64,000 nt of DNA from the NCBI GenBank assembly GCA_032128875.1, contig JAVLKG010000004.1, positions 256,001-320,000 of the forward strand, written 5' to 3'. Positions within the stretch are counted from its first letter, which is position 1. Every line of letters begins with the position of its first letter. This document shows, piece by piece, positions 50,310 to 57,704 of the stretch. Origin of the DNA: Candidatus Melainabacteria bacterium 17Bon1m. Its GTDB lineage: Bacteria > Cyanobacteriota > Vampirovibrionia > Obscuribacterales > Obscuribacteraceae. Below the pieces are notes generated by a model. The model saw only the letters and a program-made list of their open reading frames with translations, did not search any database and was not told the origin of the DNA. A program made the position numbers and the translations under genes.

Positions 50310-50882
50310 TTATTTCTTCAGCTTTCTTGCCAACAATAGGATCGCCAACATTGACATTGCATCCGTGATCTCGCCGCCCATCACCATCTCCACGGCTGTC
50401 TCAAACGGCACGCGCTTTAAGCTCAACCTTTCAGTTCCTTCAGGTTGGGCCGGTCCTTGCTTCAAACCCTGGGCCAGATACAAAAATGCAACTTCATCGG
50501 TTGCCGAATTCGATAAGTGAGAAGTCCCGAGCAATTCCCAGTGCGATGCTGTCAGACCGGTTTCCTCCAGCAGCTCTCGCTTTGCGGCTTCCAAATTGTC
50601 TTCGCCTTCGGGGCATCCGCCTTCTGGTATTTCCCATGAATAGATGCCGAGCGGGTAGCGATACTGTCCTACTAAATATGTATAGCCTTCTTCGTCAATT
50701 GGAATTGCACCAATTGCTCTGTTTCGAAAGTGCACGACGCCATAAATGCCGGGCTTTCCGTCTGGTTGAACAACGGCATCCTCTCGAATACGCAGCCATG
50801 GATTCTCATAAATCTGCCGCGTCCCGTTAGTTGTCCACGGATTTGATTCGTCTACAGTCGCTGTTTTGCTTGTTTCCGTCAT
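50310..50882 (-). CDS. NUDIX hydrolase (ADP-ribose pyrophosphatase-like)
   Basis: QYRYP, EIPEGG...AAKRELLEETG. Confidence 0.92.
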   Translation of the reverse strand: MTETSKTATVDESNPWTTNGTRQIYENPWLRIREDAVVQPDGKPGIYGVVHFRNRAIGAIPIDEEGYTYLVGQYRYPLGIYSWEIPEGGCPEGEDNLEAAKRELLEETGLTASHWELLGTSHLSNSATDEVAFLYLAQGLKQGPAQPEGTERLSLKRVPFETAVEMVMGGEITDAMSMLAILLLARKLKK

Positions 50883-50920
50883 ACTCTTTCGCTTGTTTTG
50901 CTATTTCTATTTCGCTGTTT

Positions 50921-51751
50921 CTATTTCGCTACGTCTTCCCACCCGGTGCCCTTCAATTCTTCGTTTTGTTTTGGAACGGCCGCCTCCCGTGCTCGCTGTT
51001 TAACCAATCCTGATGGAACTTGAGGCTTTGAGGGATTTTGTAGGGGCGCAAGTTTTGCTTGACCAGCAGGCGCAAAGGTTGAATTGGAGCGACTGGTTGC
51101 GCTCACGCCCTTTACTGTAGTTGTGTCAGCAGATGCGGGCTTTGTTGCGCTTTTCGCTTTCGCGCCTGCTTTTCCACTAATAATTCTGGCGGGCGGTGTG
51201 TTGCTCGGCGGTGGTTCAACACCTCCACTGCGAACGCTCAAGATCTTCTTGATGTCGGCAATGTCTTTGAGTATCGCTTGCTTTTCTTCGGGTGGTGGAT
51301 TGCACTTAAGCGACTGCTCAAATGCTTTGATTGTCTCTTCCAAGCGATCTTGCTTCAGATACGAATTTGCCAGATTACTCCAGCTCATCCAGTCTTTCGC
51401 ATTCAGCGCCGCCGCCGATTTGAATGCTTGTTCGGCAGCTTCGAAATTCTCGACCTTGCGCAGCGCTACACCGAGGTTGTTGAAGAAATCCGGGTCATAC
51501 TCATAGCGCCCAATTGCTTCGTGGTACTTCTTTATCGCGTCCTCGTACCGTTCTTGCTGCATGTATTTGTTGGCGAGATTGTAGTAAGGAAGCGCGGCAC
51601 TCCAATCGTACTGGTTGCCTCTGCCCGGAAAGCCTTCTGCCTGGCACGCCGGAGCATAGATGACGACGCCGCTAGAGACCGACGCAGCGGCGAAAACGGC
51701 TATGAAAACCCTTAAACAGCGATTGATGAAGGCGGATGGTTGGAATACCAT
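50921..51751 (-). CDS. Secreted TPR protein
   Basis: Signal peptide; three TPRs; low-complexity tail. Confidence 0.85.
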   Translation of the reverse strand: MVFQPSAFINRCLRVFIAVFAAASVSSGVVIYAPACQAEGFPGRGNQYDWSAALPYYNLANKYMQQERYEDAIKKYHEAIGRYEYDPDFFNNLGVALRKVENFEAAEQAFKSAAALNAKDWMSWSNLANSYLKQDRLEETIKAFEQSLKCNPPPEEKQAILKDIADIKKILSVRSGGVEPPPSNTPPARIISGKAGAKAKSATKPASADTTTVKGVSATSRSNSTFAPAGQAKLAPLQNPSKPQVPSGLVKQRAREAAVPKQNEELKGTGWEDVAK

Positions 51752-51774
51752 AATTGGAGATCTTGGAGGCTACT

Positions 51775-52992
51775 ATGTCCGATTCGCGGTCCACTCTGTT
51801 CAAGTCTTTCAGCAAAGAAGGAATTGTCAGGAGAGAGGCGCTTCTTGAGAGTTTGAAAGAACGCGGCATCCTTGAAGATGACCCGCGTGTCAAAGCGCTG
51901 TTTAAGGCGCTCAATGGCAGTTCTTCGGAGATTTCCGAAGCGCAGTTTCAAATTTTATCCGATCAAGCGCCTGGGCTGTTCGAGCAAGCTTTAACAGACA
52001 ATCTGGCCATTCCGGACTTCCGGGCTTTTACAGCAGAACTGACCGATATTTTTGATGAAGTTAACACGATTCGCATGGGCAAACTGCCGACTTATATTCC
52101 TCAACTCGAAAGAGTTGATCCGGAAAAATTCGCGATGTCTGTTTGCACTGTCGATGGTCAACGATTTTCAGTCGGTGATTGCGATGACTATTTTTGCGTG
52201 CAGTCTTGCTCAAAACCAGTGACTTATTGTCTTGCTTTGGAAGAGCAAGGTGAAGATGTCGTGCACAGTTATGTTGGGCGCGAACCAAGCGGAAAAACAT
52301 TCAATGAACTGACGTTGAATGCAAAAGGTCTTCCGCACAATCCAATGATAAATGCTGGTGCCATCATGTGTGGTGCGCTGATTAAAAAGGGTGGTGCTCC
52401 ATCAGACCGTTTTGATTATGTGATGGAGAAGTGGAAGACGGCTGCCGGCGGTCAAAAGATCGGTTTTAATAACGCTGTCTATCTTTCTGAGCGTCAAACA
52501 GCGGATCGTAATTTCGCGCTTGGTTATTTCATGCGAGAAAAGAAAGCATTTCCGCCGGACGCTGAATTGTTGGATGTGCTCGAGTTTTACTTCCAGTGTT
52601 GTTCAATAGAAACAACAACAAAATCTATGGCGATAATTGCATCTACTCTGGCAAACGGTGGCATCTGTCCGCTCACAGGTGTGCAAGTGTTTTCTCCAGG
52701 ACATGTGAAAAACTGCCTCTCGCTGATGTTGTCTTGTGGAATGTACGATTTCTCTGGCGAGTTTGCATTTACTGTCGGCATTCCTGCAAAGAGCGGGGTG
52801 TCTGGTGCGATCATGCTTGCAATTCCAAATGTCGGCGGAATAACTGTTTGGTCTCCTTTGCTTGATGAACTCGGCAATAGCGTTCGTGGCGTTGAATTTT
52901 GCAAGCGCCTTGTGAGCCGTTTCAAATTCCACACATTCGACACAATGCTTGGCTTGGGCGACGATCGAATCGATCCACGCAGAAAACGATAA
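51775..52992 (+). CDS. glsA: Glutaminase with N-terminal helical extension
   Basis: YIPQL, QSCSKP (SxxK), VGREPSG..FN, NPMINAGAI, CGMYDFSG, PAKSGVSG, GNSVRG. Confidence 0.95.
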   Translation: MSDSRSTLFKSFSKEGIVRREALLESLKERGILEDDPRVKALFKALNGSSSEISEAQFQILSDQAPGLFEQALTDNLAIPDFRAFTAELTDIFDEVNTIRMGKLPTYIPQLERVDPEKFAMSVCTVDGQRFSVGDCDDYFCVQSCSKPVTYCLALEEQGEDVVHSYVGREPSGKTFNELTLNAKGLPHNPMINAGAIMCGALIKKGGAPSDRFDYVMEKWKTAAGGQKIGFNNAVYLSERQTADRNFALGYFMREKKAFPPDAELLDVLEFYFQCCSIETTTKSMAIIASTLANGGICPLTGVQVFSPGHVKNCLSLMLSCGMYDFSGEFAFTVGIPAKSGVSGAIMLAIPNVGGITVWSPLLDELGNSVRGVEFCKRLVSRFKFHTFDTMLGLGDDRIDPRRKR

Positions 52993-53078
52993 GCGCCAAA
53001 TTAATTGCCCTGCCCTGCGCGCCCGCATGATATGATGCGTGCCGTTTAAAACAGCCACAATCGCTTGAGGTGTTGACC

Positions 53079-53291
53079 ATGGCAAGTTACGGCGCAAGAA
53101 ACAAGATCACTGCAAAGGTAACTTCGGTAAAGAACGGCGACATTATGTCGCTCGTCAAATTTGATGTCACCAGTCCTTCCCACATGGCTTCGGTGCTGAC
53201 AACAGAATCATTAGAAGAAATGGGATTAAAAATCGGCGACGAAGTTGAATTGGTGGTCAAAGCAATTCACGTATTGCCAGTCAAAAAATAG
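53079..53291 (+). CDS. TOBE/Mop molybdate-binding protein (molbindin)
   Basis: GARNKITAKV...SVLTTESLEEMGLKIGDEV..VVKA; GAGGTG RBS. Confidence 0.88.
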   Translation: MASYGARNKITAKVTSVKNGDIMSLVKFDVTSPSHMASVLTTESLEEMGLKIGDEVELVVKAIHVLPVKK

Positions 53292-53623
53292 TTTTGACTA
53301 ACAAGGTCAGTGCAATCTGAACTTGTCGAAAGACTTCAATATCTATTAGCGCAACGCCTGCTGCAAGCAAAACAATTCCGACAATGCGTCCGGGGTTGAG
53401 TGGGTGTTGCGCTATTCCCATTAGATTGGCGGTTAGGCAGGTTTTGTCTGCTTCTCCTCAGTGTCCAAAGTGCCAATTGGCTTGCGTTTTCGGATTCTCA
53501 CGTGTTTTTCATGAGTTGATATCTATTCTATTGTCACAGACAAAATCGCAGACAAAACTAACCTCTTTCACCCACATTTGCGAACACATTGAGCAAGTGC
53601 TCAAACACGCATGAGGTCTTTCT

Positions 53624-54529
53624 ATGTTTCTTATTCCGCAAGTGCCTGATGTTCCTACAAAGTATATTGACACGACGCTGTCAAATTACGATGTCGCGGC
53701 AGAGCCGAATGCACCTTTTATAAATGAACGCTTCTTGGATGATTTAAGAAGCGCAACGAATAAGGCAACACATGACTTTGCACAAAACCTGACAATGGAC
53801 AAGATCGATAGTTCATTGGCGAATGATGCCGAGATGAATGGTCAATATTTCAGTGATGGTGAGCGCAATGCGTTGAAATCAGTGAAAGATAATTTCGTTG
53901 ATTTCGAAAGATTAGATAGTGGTGGAATGTCTGGTGGTGTTTCTAAAGCTGATATAGATTTGTTTGGCTCTTTGTATAAAACCACTGGCCGCGACATCTA
54001 TTTCTATGATGACGCACGGAAGTTCATGGTAGAAAATAAGTCTCGACTGGATCACGATGGTGATGGTGTTCTAAGTCTTGAAGAAATTCAGAACGGCAAG
54101 GTCAATCCTAGCTTTAGCAATCAAGAACTGCAGATCATTGACTATCTCAGTGATCGCTATTCGAACAAGCCTCGCTATTCGCACTATTCAAAAGAGTTGT
54201 TGGTGCGGCACGCTACGGTTCCTGAAAGTGATTTTGAAGACGGCGGTCTTAACTCGATCATCGATCGAAGCCAGACTACCCTTTTTGAGCAGAGAACGCG
54301 TGGGTGGGTAGATGCTCTGTCTCTGATGACTGGACTGGGTGTAGGTACACTGGCAGCCATAAAGGGAGACTTCAAGGTTTTGACTGGTGCTGCTCTTATT
54401 TATACGCTGGGAATCACCGCTACGTTGGCCGCACGTCCACTGGCTACGAGAATTGCCTCTTCCGCACAGAACGCCCAAGAAGATCGAATCCACCGGTTGA
54501 TGACAACTGTGGGTGATCTCAAATACTGA
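53624..54529 (+). CDS. Hypothetical protein with EF-hand-like loop and C-terminal TM hairpin
   Basis: DHDGDGVLSLEE; two hydrophobic Gly/Ala segments near the C-terminus; GAGG RBS. Confidence 0.7.
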   Translation: MFLIPQVPDVPTKYIDTTLSNYDVAAEPNAPFINERFLDDLRSATNKATHDFAQNLTMDKIDSSLANDAEMNGQYFSDGERNALKSVKDNFVDFERLDSGGMSGGVSKADIDLFGSLYKTTGRDIYFYDDARKFMVENKSRLDHDGDGVLSLEEIQNGKVNPSFSNQELQIIDYLSDRYSNKPRYSHYSKELLVRHATVPESDFEDGGLNSIIDRSQTTLFEQRTRGWVDALSLMTGLGVGTLAAIKGDFKVLTGAALIYTLGITATLAARPLATRIASSAQNAQEDRIHRLMTTVGDLKY

Positions 54530-54735
54530 TTTGTTCAATTCAATACCTTTTCAAGATGGGTAGCGGCGCTCATGCGCCCTGCCCTCGGGGACTTTTAAGA
54601 TATGTTGCGCGCGCAAAATGACTTCTCAATGCAACGCGCGCCTATTTGCAAATTCCGGTTATCGCAGAGTTTTTCAACCGTTTGTTGCAGCTGAAGTCAT
54701 CGAAAAGTTGGTTTTTGGACTGTTTTTGTCACTTT

Positions 54736-54754
54736 ATTGCAACTGATTCTCATT
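54736..54754. promoter_or_regulatory. Fur-family-like operator upstream of the encapsulin operon
   Basis: ATTGCAACTGATTCTCATT; imperfect 7-1-7 with right arm ATTCTCA versus consensus ATTATCA. Confidence 0.35.
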
Positions 54755-54902
54755 TCTCAAAGACAACGCCGACAAGTTTTGCAAGCGTGGTTGCGACAAT
54801 GCGCGCACTTCGTCGCTTGTAAACGCCACAGGTTGCCGCCTGTCGCTTTACACGCTTTGGCAATACCTGTGAGAATGCAAGAACCGTCATGAGAGAACTG
54901 CC

Positions 54903-55580
54903 GTGGCTACACCACTTGCCGAAATCCTTCACAACATTGCTGATCACACGGAGACAATCCTCCATGTGCTCAATGATCCGGGCGTACCGGGCGATGTTTC
55001 TCAGCGCATGTTCGCGCATATCCTTTTAGAGGAAAAAGAAAACACCACCAAGCTTGAAGAAATTCATGGTGCTGGTCCAACTCTTTTGACTCAAAAGCTG
55101 CTTGATCACAGCTTCTTCATTCAGCGCATGCTGCAAGAACAAGCTATGTCTATTGATTTGAAACGTGAATTGCTCGATCACTTTATGGAAGAACACCTTG
55201 AGTGGCGAGCAGAATTGTTAGGTCCGGATGCGCCGCCTCATGGTGGTGGCAAGCCGGGAGTGGTATCAAACTTTGGCACGCACCAAACCAGACCGAGCGG
55301 AGCTTCGCATGGTCATGGCGGTGGCGGCAGCTTAGGTGGTACCGCACATGGTGGACATGGAGCTTCGCAAGGTGGGCATGGTGGCCACGGCGGATACTCC
55401 TCATCACAAGATAAGCAACAGCACGGTGGACGTTCGGAGCAAGGTTCTGGACAAGCCGGGCAAGGACACTCGGGTCACTCCGGTGGTTCTGGTCGTTCCG
55501 ACCAAAAGGAAAAACCCAGCACCGGTGGTGCTACCAAAAAAGAATGGACTGTCGGACCTCTATGGTCGCAAGGAGAATAA
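54903..55580 (+). CDS. Putative encapsulin cargo: duplicated H..HxxxE helical domain, Gly/His linker, targeting peptide
   Basis: Directly upstream of the encapsulin; C-terminal KKEWTVGPLW resembles family 1 TVGSL targeting peptides. Confidence 0.85.
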   Translation: MATPLAEILHNIADHTETILHVLNDPGVPGDVSQRMFAHILLEEKENTTKLEEIHGAGPTLLTQKLLDHSFFIQRMLQEQAMSIDLKRELLDHFMEEHLEWRAELLGPDAPPHGGGKPGVVSNFGTHQTRPSGASHGHGGGGSLGGTAHGGHGASQGGHGGHGGYSSSQDKQQHGGRSEQGSGQAGQGHSGHSGGSGRSDQKEKPSTGGATKKEWTVGPLWSQGE

Positions 55581-55582
55581 CT

Positions 55583-56437
55583 GTGTGGAAGATGCACCAA
55601 AAGCTGGTTGAATTACCTCTGACAAACGAACAAGCGTCAGACATGATACAAGCTGCTGCGCAAGAAGTACGACGCACTGTTGTCGGTCGTCGTTTGATCG
55701 CTCTTTTCGGACCTCTGGGTGCCGGAGTGGAGAGCGTGCCGCTGGAAACAATCAAAGATGATGAGCCGGCTGAAGTCGACCTCGAAGGAAGACCGGATAC
55801 AAATCCGATCGGAACTCATGAGAAAGAAACATACGTTCGCGTTCCACTTATCTACAAAGATTTCTGGTTGCACTGGCGCGATGTGAAATGGAGCCAAGAC
55901 ATGCATGCTCCTATCGACATCACCAACGCTGTTCGTGCAGCACATCAGGTTGGAGATGCTGAAGATGATTTGATCTTCAACGGAAATAAAGAGCTCGGCA
56001 TCAATGGATTGTTTAACTATCCTGGTTCGCAAAAAATTCAAGGTGGAGATTGGAAGGTTCCTAACGAGCCGGTCAAAGATGTGTACGCCGCGATCGCAAA
56101 GTTGATTGCAGCTCATCATCACTTCCCCTATGCGCTTGTTTGCTCGTTGGATATGTATGAGCAGTTGCTCAAGCCAGTTAAGGAATCGCCTGCGCTAGAA
56201 CTTGATCAGTTGAGCAAGCTCTGCTTGGACGGAATTCACTGGAGCCCGATGATTGAGAAGGGAACAGCCGCCGTGATTTCTACCGGCGCGCAAAACTTCG
56301 ATATTGCCGTGGCAGAAGATCTGCAAATTGCATATCTCGGACCAAGCGACATGAACTATCGCTTCCGTGTTTATGAATCACTCGTACTTCGCGTAAAACG
56401 CCCAACGGCTGTTTGCGTAATTAAGTCGAAAGTCTAA
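55583..56437 (+). CDS. Family 1 encapsulin shell protein (Linocin M18 / HK97 fold)
   Basis: VGRRLIALFGPLGAG, PLIYKDFWLHWRD, EDDLIFNG, PYAL, FDIAVAED, FRVYESLVLRVKRPTAVC; GTG start 7 nt after AGGAG. Confidence 0.95.
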   Translation: MWKMHQKLVELPLTNEQASDMIQAAAQEVRRTVVGRRLIALFGPLGAGVESVPLETIKDDEPAEVDLEGRPDTNPIGTHEKETYVRVPLIYKDFWLHWRDVKWSQDMHAPIDITNAVRAAHQVGDAEDDLIFNGNKELGINGLFNYPGSQKIQGGDWKVPNEPVKDVYAAIAKLIAAHHHFPYALVCSLDMYEQLLKPVKESPALELDQLSKLCLDGIHWSPMIEKGTAAVISTGAQNFDIAVAEDLQIAYLGPSDMNYRFRVYESLVLRVKRPTAVCVIKSKV

Positions 56438-56460
56438 ACACTGAAGTTCGAAAAGATTGA

Positions 56461-56490
56461 AAAGGGGCGTCATAGAGACGCCCTTTTTTT
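56461..56490 (+). terminator. Rho-independent terminator of the encapsulin operon (probably bidirectional)
   Basis: AAAGGGGCGTC-ataga-GACGCCC-TTTTTTT. Confidence 0.85.
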
Positions 56491-56504
56491 CTTGCCACTA
56501 AAAC

Positions 56505-56954
56505 TTATGCGCCAGGACCTGGCTTAGCCGTCGGCTTTGGACTTGGTTTTGGCGTTGTTGTTTTCTTCATCGAGGGTTTTGTTGCAGAAGCTTTTGGCGT
56601 CGACTTGCCTGTTGATGCTTTTGCGCCTGAATCTGATTTTGTAGTTGACGAAGCAGCTGTTTTTGCCGCTGACTTAGCAGACGTATCTGCAGATTTTGCG
56701 TCGTGTTTTATATCGTGTGACTTAGCGCCATGCGCCTTGTCTACAGATCCTTTCTTTCCGTGTCCATCCTTGGCATTAGATTTTGGAGCCGGCTTGGTCG
56801 GCAAAATTGGTTTTGCTTCCACTTTCTTTTGCACCACAGGCGGTAGCTTCGGATTTACAACAAGTACGTGTCTGCTATGAAAACCGGCCGCGTATGACAC
56901 AAAGAAGGTGTCAATCACCAGTAGTACTGAAATGAAAATTCCTTTGGCTTTCAT
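56505..56954 (-). CDS. Membrane-anchored Lys/Ala/Ser/Thr-rich hypothetical protein
   Basis: N-terminal TM followed by a low-complexity basic tail. Confidence 0.7.
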   Translation of the reverse strand: MKAKGIFISVLLVIDTFFVSYAAGFHSRHVLVVNPKLPPVVQKKVEAKPILPTKPAPKSNAKDGHGKKGSVDKAHGAKSHDIKHDAKSADTSAKSAAKTAASSTTKSDSGAKASTGKSTPKASATKPSMKKTTTPKPSPKPTAKPGPGA

Positions 56955-56957
56955 GGC

Positions 56958-57584
56958 TTACTTCGCAGTGAAGTTTTCGCTGTCGTTGAAGTCTTCTTTT
57001 TCGGAAGCGTTTCGCTTGTAGGTCACAAGCACATCTGATGACTTGAACTCGTCTTGCACGTGAGGACCTTTTACCAGCTGCACAGTCAGCACCGCGTTGG
57101 GATCGCTTTTGTGTTTGTCGTACTCTTTGCCGAGTGCTTTCGCTTCAAAAGAAATTTCGTTGTTGCCGGCGTTGACGTAACGGGAGACATCGACATTCTT
57201 TCCTGGTCCGAAGAAACTGTCTACCGGGTTGTCGTTGACTTTGACAGTGATCGAATAACCGATGTAATCCTCACCCGACGATGTAATCCAATATTTTGTC
57301 TTGCCGGATTTCGCGGGTGCCGCAGTCGCAGACTCGGTTTTTGTTGGTTCAGTAACTGTCTTTACTGGTGCCGGAGTTGCGGCCACCGCGGAAGGTTGCA
57401 GTGCATTTGCCGTGCCGGGTGGGACTTCTTGAATCGGAGCCAGCCTTTCGTGCAAGCCCCAGAAGTAGCCGCCGAATCCCGCACCTGCCAACAAAAGCGC
57501 CAGAATCACCAGGTCCAGAAGAGCTTTTACCATCTCCTGACCTTTCTTCTTTGCGGCTTGAACTGCGCCACCGGATTGCGACAT
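56958..57584 (-). CDS. Membrane-anchored hypothetical protein
   Basis: GGGGAG RBS; one TM; Pro/Ala linker; beta-rich domain. Confidence 0.72.
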   Translation of the reverse strand: MSQSGGAVQAAKKKGQEMVKALLDLVILALLLAGAGFGGYFWGLHERLAPIQEVPPGTANALQPSAVAATPAPVKTVTEPTKTESATAAPAKSGKTKYWITSSGEDYIGYSITVKVNDNPVDSFFGPGKNVDVSRYVNAGNNEISFEAKALGKEYDKHKSDPNAVLTVQLVKGPHVQDEFKSSDVLVTYKRNASEKEDFNDSENFTAK

Positions 57585-57704
57585 CTTCTCCCCCTGAAAT
57601 CAATCATTCCTTAAGCTTCTGAACGGTCACAGGCTTTCGACCATAAGAGTAATACTACCCGTCAAATCACCTTAAGAAACAGGATAAACAGTCCCCCAGT
57701 ACCA

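Noticed and set aside
55583-56437. Prophage major capsid protein
   Set aside because: HK97-like, but no terminase, portal or tail genes; the cargo-plus-terminator layout fits an encapsulin
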